Source of the DNA: Candidatus Fermentibacteraceae bacterium
Lineage (GTDB): Bacteria > Fermentibacterota > Fermentibacteria > Fermentibacterales > JCC-6
Length of the DNA stretch: 64,000 bases
Reading direction: 5' to 3'
NCBI GenBank assembly: GCA_041750285.1
Contig: JBGSZS010000018.1
Span: 128,001 to 192,000, forward strand
Shown here: positions 46,204 through 55,696 of the stretch, piece by piece
Position numbering within the stretch: the stretch's first letter is position 1
How the letters are laid out: each line of letters starts with the position of its first letter
Program-made: the position numbers and the translations under genes
The notes under the pieces: model-generated
Database searches by the model: none
What the model was told of the DNA's origin: nothing
Seen by the model: the letters and a program-made list of their open reading frames with translations, nothing else

Positions 46204-46230
46204 TTGATCATCTCCCGGTTCAAATGCTCG

Positions 46231-47331
46231 TCAGCTTTTCCTGCTGCCGCCGCTGTAAAAGGGAATACCAACGACCTTGACGGGGATCCTCTTCCCCCTG
46301 ACTTCCGCTTCCATCTCGGTGCCGTTCTTCCTGACCCCGTACTCGACAAGCCCGAGGCAGACGCCCGTGTTCAGCGCGGGGGCGATACTTCCGCTGGTTA
46401 CGGTGCCGACCTGCCTGTCACCCTGAAAGAGGGGCGTTCCGTGACGGGGAAAACCCTTTCCGGTGACCGAGAGACCAACGAGGTTGCGGGCGGGTTTCTC
46501 GTCCCTCTGTCTCTCGAGTATCTCCCTCCCTATGAAGTCCTTCGGGGTCTTCAGTTTGACGACCCATCCCAGTTTGGCCTCGATTGGTGTGACGCTGTGG
46601 TCTATGTCGTTTCCGTAAAGGGGGTAGCCCACCTCGAGCCTGAGGGTATCCCGGGCTCCAAGACCGACGGGAACGATCCCGAACTCCCTGCCGGCTTCCA
46701 TTACCCCGTCCCATACCGCTTCGGCATCGCGGGAGTTCGTGTATATCTCGAACCCGTCCTCGCCGGTGTATCCGGTTCTTGCGATGAGGGCGGGCACTCC
46801 CGCGAACGTCCCCGTGAGGTGTTCGTAGTAGCCGACACCGTCAAGCGGGGCGTCGGTGAGTTTCGCGGCCACGGCCTGGGAATTCGGCCCCTGAATGGCC
46901 ACCAGGGCTGTTTCGTCGCTCTCGTCCGTTATCGACACGTCGAACCCGGTCATGTGGCTTTCCACCCAGGCCCAGTCCTTCTCGATGTTGGATGCGTTGA
47001 CCACCATGAGGTATTCCTGCCCGGATATCCTGTAGACTATCAGGTCGTCGACGATCCCGCCGTCGGGGTAGCACATGGTGCTGTAGTACGCCTTGCCCGG
47101 CTGAACCTCGGCGTCGTTCGTCAAAAGGTGATCAAGAAAGGCCGTGGCTCCAGCGCCCCTGACCCTGAACTCGCCCATGTGGCTGAGGTCGAACGCGCCA
47201 ACGGACCTTCTGACGGCCATGTGCTCACCTGTCACCCCGTCGTACCTGATGGGCATCAGATAACCGGCGAAGGGCTGAATATCGGCACCCAGAGCCATGT
47301 GCTTTGCAAAGAGGGGAGTTTTCTTCTCCAT
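46231..47331 (-). CDS. gcvT: Aminomethyltransferase (T protein)
   Basis: KTPLF; FDLSHMG; ARTGYTGEDGFE; GLGARDTLRLE. Confidence 0.96.
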   Translation of the reverse strand: MEKKTPLFAKHMALGADIQPFAGYLMPIRYDGVTGEHMAVRRSVGAFDLSHMGEFRVRGAGATAFLDHLLTNDAEVQPGKAYYSTMCYPDGGIVDDLIVYRISGQEYLMVVNASNIEKDWAWVESHMTGFDVSITDESDETALVAIQGPNSQAVAAKLTDAPLDGVGYYEHLTGTFAGVPALIARTGYTGEDGFEIYTNSRDAEAVWDGVMEAGREFGIVPVGLGARDTLRLEVGYPLYGNDIDHSVTPIEAKLGWVVKLKTPKDFIGREILERQRDEKPARNLVGLSVTGKGFPRHGTPLFQGDRQVGTVTSGSIAPALNTGVCLGLVEYGVRKNGTEMEAEVRGKRIPVKVVGIPFYSGGSRKS

Positions 47332-47404
47332 GGGCCATACCCTTCTGTTCGAGCGGATGGAACGGTGCTGAACCGTCCCGAAAGAAAAGAAAAAAACACA
47401 CGCA

Positions 47405-47433
47405 AATGTATTCAACAAACCCGGATTACGCAA
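47405..47433 (-). promoter_or_regulatory. Putative sigma70 promoter of the gcv operon
   Basis: Minus strand TTGCGT-17-TACATT. Confidence 0.5.
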
Positions 47434-47499
47434 CGGTTGACCTGATTCGCGGCGGCTCCGTATCATTCCGCGGGGCAGGACGAAGGGGGGACGGTACCC

Positions 47500-48045
47500 A
47501 TGCGATGCGTGATCTCAAGGCGGGCTATGGGAAGGATCAGCCGCGAAACCGGCGACCCCTCCGTCAGGGAGGCATTGATATCCGAGGCATGGCTCAGGAA
47601 ATGGCTGTCACTCCGGGGAGTGCCTTGCTGGACGGCACCGTCGCTGCCCGGAACACCTCACAGGTACGGCCTGGTCACCCGGGACGGCACGAGGATACTT
47701 GTCGTTCCGCGTCTGGCGCCTTCAACGCTGGATGACGCCACAGGAGCACGCTGCAGCGTCACGGCCGTGGTGAACCCCGTCCCGGGGACCGGAGAGGGGG
47801 ATTTTCAGGGCTGGCTGACGCTTGCCGGACTTCAGGGATCCCGGTCCGTTCCAGACCTGAACCCTCCGGATGAGCTGCCGGGGTTCCTCGGTGTTCCCCG
47901 GCACTATGCCGTCGCGTATATTGAGGGCAGCATCAGGCTGTTCGTTGCAGGAGAACCCGAACCTCCCGCAAAGGGTCTTGAGGGTGTCTGGACATACTCT
48001 CCGCGTCCGCGGTCAAAGGCGGGGGAATTGCATGCCGAGCATTGA
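47500..48045 (+). CDS. Hypothetical protein
   Basis: Fills the gap and overlaps the downstream DGC start; no recognisable motif. Confidence 0.45.
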   Translation: MRCVISRRAMGRISRETGDPSVREALISEAWLRKWLSLRGVPCWTAPSLPGTPHRYGLVTRDGTRILVVPRLAPSTLDDATGARCSVTAVVNPVPGTGEGDFQGWLTLAGLQGSRSVPDLNPPDELPGFLGVPRHYAVAYIEGSIRLFVAGEPEPPAKGLEGVWTYSPRPRSKAGELHAEH

Positions 48046-50122
48046 TATCGAACGCGATGCCGATGGGGATTCCCCACAGGACGGGTTCACCCGCGAGCTT
48101 CTGAACTCGGACACCGAAGGTGTCGTGCTGTGCGACGGCAACCACACCATCGTCGCAGTGAACGGCATGTTCCAGAAAATGTTCGGCTACCCGGAGAAGG
48201 ATGCCCTGGGAAAGTGCATCGACAGCCTCATAGTCCCCCCCCAGCTCGCGCTGGAGGCGGCTGAGATAACGGTATCCGTTTCCGGGGGGAGACCGGTATC
48301 GATGGAAACCGTCAGGACCAGATCGGACGGTTCACCGCTTTCCGTCTCGGTTCTGGCGTCCAGATGCTCCACCTCATGGGAACGTTGTTCCTACTATGCC
48401 ATATACCGGATCCTGACCCGTCAGGAGGGACGCAGACGAAGGAAGGGAGAGAACACCGATTCGGGCTTCCTCACCTCCCTGTTCCAGGACGCCGAAGAAC
48501 CGGGGCTGTTCACCGACGCCGGCAACAGGGTGACCGCCGTCAACCACTCCTTCTGCAGGCAGTTCGGCTGGAAACCCGAGGAACTCCTGAACGAAACCGT
48601 GACCGACGTGCTTGTCCCGCCCGACCTTCATGCCGGGGAATCGCGGGTGCTCGAAAGGATAGCCACCGGAACCATCGTCAAGGCAGACACCGCTGTCCTT
48701 GACGCCTACGGAGCCAGGCGCCGTACCGGCATGCTGGCGGTTCCTGTTTCTCTTTCTGACGGAACGATGGGCACTTACAGGGCCTACAACCCGACCGATC
48801 TGCCCACGGCCGAATTCATGGCGGTCAAGGGCCGTAACCGCTTCCAGCCCCCTCCCTTCAAACACCTCCCAGGGCTTTTCTTCAGGGTCCGGAACGACTC
48901 GTGCCGAACCATCGATTTCCTCAGCCGCCCCACCACCGCCGAAGGCCGGAATGATCTCCTCCCTGTCGAGAACGGGCTTTCGACAGGTGTTCACGCGGAA
49001 GATTCGGGCAACCTCCGGTCGGTGCTTCAGGAATCCATGGAAACCGGCAGGCCATACCAGGTGACGTACCGGGTCAACACGGCTTCCGGGGAACGCTGGG
49101 TGCTTGAGCAGGGGTGCCCCGACGACGACAGGCTTGGCTTCGAGGGCTACATCGTAGACATAACGGCTTCAAAGAGGGTGGAGGAGATGGTCGCCAAGGC
49201 CCGGAAGCGCCTCGAAGACCTTCACGGAATAGCGAGCCTCCTTCAGAGAAGCGCCACCGAGTCGGAGATACACAGGATATGCTCAGAAGCCGCGTGCACC
49301 CTTCTCGACGCGGACTGCGGAATGGTCCTGACCTGTCACGACGGAGCCGTGCAGATCTCCCACAGGGCCAGAACCTCAAACTTCCCCTGTCCGGAGAACT
49401 GCTACCGGGACCTGGCCGTCATGGTGATGGAAACCGGCAAGCAGATGTCGTTCAACAGCCGTGACACGCACATCACGAACTGCTCGTTCGCCCGGAACGG
49501 AATCTGCAGGCCGCTCACGGAGAGATCGGTTTTTCTTGCCCTTTCCCACCGCGACGATGCCTTCACGGAATCCCTCGTGGGGATCACCGACCTGCTGCTG
49601 GGGTACGCCGAACAGTCTCTCCGCAGGATCGCGCTTCAGCGAAGACTGATAGACCAGGCGATCCACGACCCCCTGACGGGCACCTTCAACCGAAACCACT
49701 TCAACAGGCTCGTGGAACTGGAAGAGAACAGGGCCCGCCGGGACGGAACGACCCTGGGCTTCATCATGGTGGACGTGGACAACTTCAAGGCGATCAACGA
49801 CACAAGGGGCCACCAGACCGGCGACACGGTTCTGCGTGAGGTTGCCGCGGTGCTCCAGAGGGCTGTGCGCAAGGCCGACGCCGTGATCCGCTACGGCGGT
49901 GACGAATTCCTCATCATCCTTTCCAGGGTTGACTCCATGACGGAGATGGTCGAGGCCAGGATCCGCAAAATGCTTGGCAGGGAAGTCTTTCCCGGTTTCA
50001 GGGTAACGGTTTCGATGGGGCACTCACAGTGGGAACCGGGCCTCGGGTCATCGATAGACGAGGCCATCTCCCGGGCGGACCGGATGATGTACGAGGAGAA
50101 ACGCAGAAGGCTGACCACCTGA
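48032..50122 (+). CDS. PAS/GAF-like sensor diguanylate cyclase
   Basis: PAS repeats; HDPLTG; DVDNFKAINDTRGHQTGD; intact GGDEF with RxxD I-site (RKAD). Confidence 0.92.
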   Translation: MPSIDIERDADGDSPQDGFTRELLNSDTEGVVLCDGNHTIVAVNGMFQKMFGYPEKDALGKCIDSLIVPPQLALEAAEITVSVSGGRPVSMETVRTRSDGSPLSVSVLASRCSTSWERCSYYAIYRILTRQEGRRRRKGENTDSGFLTSLFQDAEEPGLFTDAGNRVTAVNHSFCRQFGWKPEELLNETVTDVLVPPDLHAGESRVLERIATGTIVKADTAVLDAYGARRRTGMLAVPVSLSDGTMGTYRAYNPTDLPTAEFMAVKGRNRFQPPPFKHLPGLFFRVRNDSCRTIDFLSRPTTAEGRNDLLPVENGLSTGVHAEDSGNLRSVLQESMETGRPYQVTYRVNTASGERWVLEQGCPDDDRLGFEGYIVDITASKRVEEMVAKARKRLEDLHGIASLLQRSATESEIHRICSEAACTLLDADCGMVLTCHDGAVQISHRARTSNFPCPENCYRDLAVMVMETGKQMSFNSRDTHITNCSFARNGICRPLTERSVFLALSHRDDAFTESLVGITDLLLGYAEQSLRRIALQRRLIDQAIHDPLTGTFNRNHFNRLVELEENRARRDGTTLGFIMVDVDNFKAINDTRGHQTGDTVLREVAAVLQRAVRKADAVIRYGGDEFLIILSRVDSMTEMVEARIRKMLGREVFPGFRVTVSMGHSQWEPGLGSSIDEAISRADRMMYEEKRRRLTT

Positions 50123-50130
50123 GGGATCGC

Positions 50131-51705
50131 TCACTCCGGCGGGATCACCGCCACCATTCCTTCGTGCGATGCGATGGTTCCGGGAATGACGGTCGAGGGA
50201 TCGGTGCTTCTGCCCAGCAGGACGACCCTGACCGGCACCCCTTCGGGAGCGGGTGGCATCCTCAGGGCGTAAATCCCGTCCATGCCCACCATGAAGCCAT
50301 GTTTGTCAAGGCTGTTGGCGATCCCGGTCAGCACGGGCCACATGCCCGGAGTCCGCAGTACGAGCGAGTTGTACGCTTCGGGCTGGCCCGAAAGCCAGGA
50401 AAGCATCTGACCTGACAGCTCCCGCACAGCCGCGTCGTTGCCGCCGGTCTGTTCTGCGGGGGGTGCGATGTAGCCTCCCGCACCTGCCGTTGCCAGCACG
50501 GATGTGTAAAGCGCCAGGACCGAGGCGAAGGCGGCTGCAGACCTTCGGGCAGTGACGCCCCACTCCCTGCACTGGAGGAGCGAGAGCAGGATCGCTCCGA
50601 TCGAAAGGGGCGAAAGTACACGCATCCACTCGAAAAGGTAGACCAGCATCTCCCCCCTGATCTGCGTGCCGGAATACAGCGAAGCTCCATGAAGGATCAG
50701 GCAGAGAAGCGAGAGTGATGCGGCAAAACGCCCGTCCCGCCTCTTTCTCATGGCAAGGAACGCCAGGGCCAGCAGAACCGTCCGAATGACGGGCAGGACC
50801 GTCACTGCTGCATCGAGGGCTCCCAGCCCGTGAAGGGGCGCGCGAAGCAGGTCGAGTTCGAAACCCGTCACTGCGAGGCTCCAGTCGTGATAGACCCGGG
50901 AGAGACCGTGTTCGGGGAGTGTTTCGGTCATGAAGACCACGATGCGGGTGATGTTCCCCTGGGGAGCCGAGGCGAACTCCTCATAGATGGGAGGCGCCCA
51001 GAGAAGAAGAAGCAGAACTGCCGGCAGCAGCCGTTTGACCCGGGTGGCGGCTGCTTCGGGGCGGCGGCTGCACGCAATCCCGTGGAATCGTCGAAGCGCC
51101 AGCGCCGCAACTCCCGTCATAACGATTGCCGGTATGGAGCCCATGTGGGTCTGGGCGGCGAAGGAACCCGCGACAACTGCGGGCAGGACGAAACCCGGGC
51201 AGCGTGAACCGAAGGCGGCCGTGCAGGTGAAGAAGAAGAGCAGTGGAAGGGCGATCACCAGGGGGTTCCATTCCGAGAGCCACAGGGCCGGGCCCGTCAC
51301 CGCAAGGAAGCTTCCCAGTACGGCGCTGAAGATCAGTGCGCCGCCGGGAGGTGCGCAACGCCTCAGAGCGGAGCGGACTCCGAGCAGTGACAACCCTCCC
51401 AAAATGGCCGTGGTCATGACAAAACTGGAGGACCTCCACTGGAAGATGGCGTAGAGCGGGAACCGCAAAAGAAAGTAAAGGGGTCCGGGATGGAAGAAGA
51501 TGAAACGGGAATAGGGGCCGAGAAGGATACGGTGCGTGAAAAGCCACCGGGTTGATATCTCGAGCAGGGAAGCGTCGCCCGAGGACGGGTTGTCGGGCAC
51601 GCCGCGGGCCAGGACGGATGCGACGACCACAATGAATGGAAGAACGGGCAAAAATTCGGGAAGCGTTGAGAGGAGCCGTCCGATGTGCCTGCCCCGAACC
51701 TTCAA
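50131..51705 (-). CDS. Polytopic membrane protein, probable GT-C (ArnT/PMT-like) glycosyltransferase
   Basis: Multiple TM segments; GDASLLE acidic first loop; LLGPYSRF..FHPGPLYF; EWNP; QTH. Confidence 0.55.
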   Translation of the reverse strand: MKVRGRHIGRLLSTLPEFLPVLPFIVVVASVLARGVPDNPSSGDASLLEISTRWLFTHRILLGPYSRFIFFHPGPLYFLLRFPLYAIFQWRSSSFVMTTAILGGLSLLGVRSALRRCAPPGGALIFSAVLGSFLAVTGPALWLSEWNPLVIALPLLFFFTCTAAFGSRCPGFVLPAVVAGSFAAQTHMGSIPAIVMTGVAALALRRFHGIACSRRPEAAATRVKRLLPAVLLLLLWAPPIYEEFASAPQGNITRIVVFMTETLPEHGLSRVYHDWSLAVTGFELDLLRAPLHGLGALDAAVTVLPVIRTVLLALAFLAMRKRRDGRFAASLSLLCLILHGASLYSGTQIRGEMLVYLFEWMRVLSPLSIGAILLSLLQCREWGVTARRSAAAFASVLALYTSVLATAGAGGYIAPPAEQTGGNDAAVRELSGQMLSWLSGQPEAYNSLVLRTPGMWPVLTGIANSLDKHGFMVGMDGIYALRMPPAPEGVPVRVVLLGRSTDPSTVIPGTIASHEGMVAVIPPE

Positions 51706-51756
51706 AAGCGCCCGCCTCCCTGGGTTGCTGCCCGGATTATACGCCGGACGGCCGGT

Positions 51757-52929
51757 TCAGGGGAAGATGTTCAGGGTCTGACCGTCGGTTTCAAATCTGA
51801 CGGTTCCGTTCAGATCGGTCCTGTAAACGGTAGCTCCGGAAGCGGAAAGCCTGCCGAGGAGTTCAGGGTGAGGGTGACCGTACGGATTGCCGGCCCCCAC
51901 CTCTATGACACCGTACTGGGGCTGTACTGCCTCGAGCCACGGGTAACCGGTGGCGTCACTCGATCCGTGGTGGCCCACCTTCAGAACACAGGCCGTGAGC
52001 TCGGACGGGCTGAATGCCGACAAGACACTCTCCTCGCCGCCTTCGGTCTCCAGGTCGCCCGCGAGAAGGAACCTCACCCCGCCGAAAGACAGCATCAGCA
52101 CGATGGAGGCGTTGTTCATCGATCCGCTTCCAAGGCTGCTCGTGGGGTGAAGCACCCTCACGGTCAGCTCCTGACCCCAGTCCAGCGTCATGCCCCTCCG
52201 GGCGACGGTGTACTGGGCACCGCAAGCGTCGACTTCATCCAGGAACTGCTCGTAAAGGTCGCTTGACTCTCCCGGCCAGCCGCAATCCCAGACCCTGTCG
52301 ACGGGGACCGTGCCCAGAATGTCGACAAGGCCGCCAATGTGGTCGGAGTGCGGGTGGGTCGCCACGATGCCGTCGAGATGGGTCACGCCCAGACTGTCGA
52401 GCAGGGGGATGATGACGTCGGTTCCACAACTCCACTGCGGCACCGAGCTTCCGCCGTCGATCAGGTAGTTCCTCCCGCCGGGGGTCCTCACCAGGATCGC
52501 GTCTCCGGAAAGGCTTCCCCACGTGGGGTCGATGAAGAACACGTTCAACACGGGGTCGGGCTCGGGGATGAATACCCCGACCTCGTTGCTCCAGGCTTTC
52601 AATCCCGATTCGTTCCGGGTTTCGAGGGCGTAGTACGAGTGTTGACCCGGGATTGCGGTCGTGTCCGTGAAGACCATGGACAGCACGTCCATGCCAAAAA
52701 AGACGGCAACCGCCTGGGAAGGGTTTCCCTCGATTCCGGGGTTGACGGACCTCCATAGAGTGTAGGATTCGAAGTCGGGGTCGGGGCACTGGCTCCAGCT
52801 CAGGTAGACCGCGCCGCCCTCCTGAACGGTTGCGGCAAGCCCCGATGGGGTGGGGGGAAGCACTCCCGCAGGATCGCTGCCGCAACCTAAGATCAGAAGA
52901 AAGGGCAGCAGGACGGCCAGTCGTATCAT
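51757..52929 (-). CDS. Lipoprotein with FN3 and ComEC/Rec2-type metallo-beta-lactamase hydrolase domains
   Basis: LLILG-C lipobox; FN3 (LSWSQ..YTLWRS); GDAIL; THPHSDHIGG; LAGD; KVGHHGS; NPYGHP; YRTDLNG. Confidence 0.85.
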   Translation of the reverse strand: MIRLAVLLPFLLILGCGSDPAGVLPPTPSGLAATVQEGGAVYLSWSQCPDPDFESYTLWRSVNPGIEGNPSQAVAVFFGMDVLSMVFTDTTAIPGQHSYYALETRNESGLKAWSNEVGVFIPEPDPVLNVFFIDPTWGSLSGDAILVRTPGGRNYLIDGGSSVPQWSCGTDVIIPLLDSLGVTHLDGIVATHPHSDHIGGLVDILGTVPVDRVWDCGWPGESSDLYEQFLDEVDACGAQYTVARRGMTLDWGQELTVRVLHPTSSLGSGSMNNASIVLMLSFGGVRFLLAGDLETEGGEESVLSAFSPSELTACVLKVGHHGSSDATGYPWLEAVQPQYGVIEVGAGNPYGHPHPELLGRLSASGATVYRTDLNGTVRFETDGQTLNIFP

Positions 52930-53567
52930 CTCACCGCTTCCCTGTACACCACCGCGCCGTCGCCGAGCGAGATCTCGAGGAACCGGCGGCATGCTTCCTT
53001 CTGGGAATCACCGAGCTGAAGCCTCCAATCGGGGTTCTCCCCCACCAGGAGAAACTCGTCGGCCGCCAGGATGTTCTGCAGTACCGGGGGTTCGAGGCTG
53101 AACAGGGCCTGGAACCTGTAGGGATCGACGGGGCCCGGCCCGTTGTCGGCAAGCTCAAGGGCATGCTCACGATAGAATGACACCGAAGCCCTGTCTCCGA
53201 TCATCCTGATGAAATCAGTTCCGGTGATCACCGGCAGGACCGTCTGGTCCGGCGGTATCACCCCGGCCCACACCGGGCCGTGAACGGTGCCTTCGAACCT
53301 TATCCTGGCCGAGGGCTGACCTTCGCTGTTCCAGATCACCTCGGGCTGGAACACGAGGCTCATGCCATCGGTCTCGAGGGATATGCCCCCAAGGATGAAC
53401 GTCGTAGTTTCCGCAGGGTCATCCCTGATGACTGCGACCGACGCGCCCCCGGGAAGCTCGATCACACGGCTTTCCGAACCCTGCCCTGGTCCGGGTGTCG
53501 CAGTTCCGGGAGAGCTGCAGCCGAGAACGGAAAGCGCGGCGAGGATGGCTGATGCTTTTCCTGTCAT
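52926..53567 (-). CDS. Hypothetical lipoprotein
   Basis: MTGKASAILAALSVLG-C lipobox; ATGA overlap. Confidence 0.7.
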   Translation of the reverse strand: MTGKASAILAALSVLGCSSPGTATPGPGQGSESRVIELPGGASVAVIRDDPAETTTFILGGISLETDGMSLVFQPEVIWNSEGQPSARIRFEGTVHGPVWAGVIPPDQTVLPVITGTDFIRMIGDRASVSFYREHALELADNGPGPVDPYRFQALFSLEPPVLQNILAADEFLLVGENPDWRLQLGDSQKEACRRFLEISLGDGAVVYREAVR

Positions 53568-53569
53568 GC

Positions 53570-55696
53570 TCAATGCCTCCGGTGGATGTCTGTGGGGGTT
53601 GATTCGTCGCTGTTCATCCTGCCCCACTGAAGAAGGTAAAGGTTGTAGTAAATACCCCTCTTTGCCAGAAGCTCCTGGTGGCTGCCCCTTTCCAGTATCC
53701 TGCCGTTGTCGAACACGAGAATGTTTCCGCACTGCTGCACCGTGCTCAACCGGTGCGCCACGATGAGGCTCGTGCGGCCCCTCATGAGAACCTCGATGGC
53801 TCTCTGGATGAGTTTCTCGGTCGAGGGGTCAACGTTGCTCGTGGCCTCGTCAAGCACCAGTATCTTCGGATCGTGGACGAGCGCCCTGGCGAAACAGATC
53901 AGCTGTTTCTGGCCCGTGGAAAGCGTGGCCCCCCGTTCGGCCATGACCGTATCGTAACCGTCGGGAAGCCTCTCGATGAAATCGGCGGCCTGGACCATCT
54001 CCGCCGCTTCCCTGATCCGGTCGAGGCCGATGTCCGATCCCAGCCTGATGTTGTCAGCCACGCTGCGGCTGAAGATGAAGGCGTCCTGGAGGACGATGGC
54101 GATGTTCTTCCTGAGCGTCTCCACCGAGTGCTTTCCGATCTCCACGCCATCGAGCAGGATACTGCCCCGGTTCACATCCCAGAACCTTGTGAGAAGGCTG
54201 ATGACCGAAGTCTTTCCAGCGCCGGTGGGACCAACCAGCGCCACGCTCTCGCCCGGTACGACCGTGAAGCTCACATTCCTCAGGACGGACTGGTCGGGAT
54301 TGTAGCCGAAGGTGACGTCCCTGAACTCGACAAGACCCGCTAGAGGGCGCGGAGGTTCGGCGTCGGGCGCGTCGACGATCGCGGGAACGGTGTCGAGTAT
54401 GCCGAAAACCCTCTCACTGGCTGCCATTGCGCTCTGCATGATGTTGTATTTCTCGCTCATGTCCTGCAGGGGGCGGAACATCTGACGAACGTAGCTGAGG
54501 AATGCCACAAGGGCTCCGAGCGTGAGCGCGCCCTGCATGACGCTCAACCCGCCGTAGACAAGCACTATGGTAGTTCCGAGCTGGGCTATGACCTCGATCA
54601 TCGGCCGGAACACCCCGAACACGACGAGCTGTTTCATGTTGGACTGGAAGTACTTGTCATTGGTGTCGAGGAACTGGTCCCTGCGGGCCTTCTCCTGGCG
54701 GAAAACCTGAACCACTTTCACACCGCTCAGGTCTTCGGCCAGATGGGAATTGAGCTTCGCCAGGTACTTTCTCACATCACGGTAAGCCTTCCTGGTCATT
54801 CTTCTGAAGAAGATGCTGACCAGCGTGAAAAGCGGCATCACGAGAAGTGAGAGCAGGGCCAGCCGCCAGTTCATGAAGAAAAGGATGGCGGCGGTGCCGA
54901 AAAGCAGGAGAACGTCCTTGAAGAAATTCACGAGGACCGAGCTGAACATCTCGTTGAGCGCCTCGATGTCGTTGGCCACCCGCGTCACGAGGCGCCCCGT
55001 GGGGTTTCCCGTGAAGAAGTCGAGGCTGAGCGTCTGGATGTGCTTGAAAAGCCTGCTGCGAAGGTCGTACATCGCCCTCTGGCCGGCAATGACGAGTGTC
55101 ATCATGTGACCGTACCCGCACACCAGGCTGATGAGGATAAGCCCGCCCAGTATCCAGGTTAGCCGGGCTATGCCCTTGAGGTCGTCGCCCCGGAGGTCGA
55201 ACAGCACGCGGGGAGGAACCCGGCGGAGGTCGGTTTCCCTCACCAGCCACCATTGTCCGCTGATGAAGCCCGCGTCACCCGTGAAGTCGGCGGAATCGAA
55301 GATGTAATAGGTCTCCGGAAGAAGCCTGATGTCGCCCCGCACATCATTGGAGACGTCGGGATCGAGGCCGTCGAGTGCCGCCTTTTTCACAAGCACCGTG
55401 TCGGGGCTGATCCTTATAAAATCATCGGGGGCGGAGCCCAGCGCGGCCACGCTGTCGCACGCCTCGGGCTCGGCCGTGTAGACCTGGTAAAGCTTGGCCA
55501 GGTACCTGTCGATGGCGGTCTTGGTAAGGTAGGGAAGAAGAAGGTCGACCGCGGACGATACCAGCATGAACAGAAGGGCCAGAAAAACGAGCTTTTTGTG
55601 TGGTTTCACGTAGCGCATGAGGCGCTTCACCATGGCGCCGTCGTAGGCCTTGCCCTCCATCGCGTCGTCAACGAAAGGGTTTCCGTGTGGCGGCAT
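53570..55696 (-). CDS. ABC exporter half-transporter (BmrD/YheH-like) with large extracytoplasmic loop
   Basis: TMD plus NBD; GPTGAGKT; degenerate signature LSTGQ; LVLDEATS; AHRLS. Confidence 0.92.
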   Translation of the reverse strand: MPPHGNPFVDDAMEGKAYDGAMVKRLMRYVKPHKKLVFLALLFMLVSSAVDLLLPYLTKTAIDRYLAKLYQVYTAEPEACDSVAALGSAPDDFIRISPDTVLVKKAALDGLDPDVSNDVRGDIRLLPETYYIFDSADFTGDAGFISGQWWLVRETDLRRVPPRVLFDLRGDDLKGIARLTWILGGLILISLVCGYGHMMTLVIAGQRAMYDLRSRLFKHIQTLSLDFFTGNPTGRLVTRVANDIEALNEMFSSVLVNFFKDVLLLFGTAAILFFMNWRLALLSLLVMPLFTLVSIFFRRMTRKAYRDVRKYLAKLNSHLAEDLSGVKVVQVFRQEKARRDQFLDTNDKYFQSNMKQLVVFGVFRPMIEVIAQLGTTIVLVYGGLSVMQGALTLGALVAFLSYVRQMFRPLQDMSEKYNIMQSAMAASERVFGILDTVPAIVDAPDAEPPRPLAGLVEFRDVTFGYNPDQSVLRNVSFTVVPGESVALVGPTGAGKTSVISLLTRFWDVNRGSILLDGVEIGKHSVETLRKNIAIVLQDAFIFSRSVADNIRLGSDIGLDRIREAAEMVQAADFIERLPDGYDTVMAERGATLSTGQKQLICFARALVHDPKILVLDEATSNVDPSTEKLIQRAIEVLMRGRTSLIVAHRLSTVQQCGNILVFDNGRILERGSHQELLAKRGIYYNLYLLQWGRMNSDESTPTDIHRRH

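Noticed and set aside
47332..47500. Glycine riboswitch upstream of gcvT
   Set aside because: No GGAGA/CCGAAG/CTCAGG aptamer motifs, and the predicted leader is only about 70 nt
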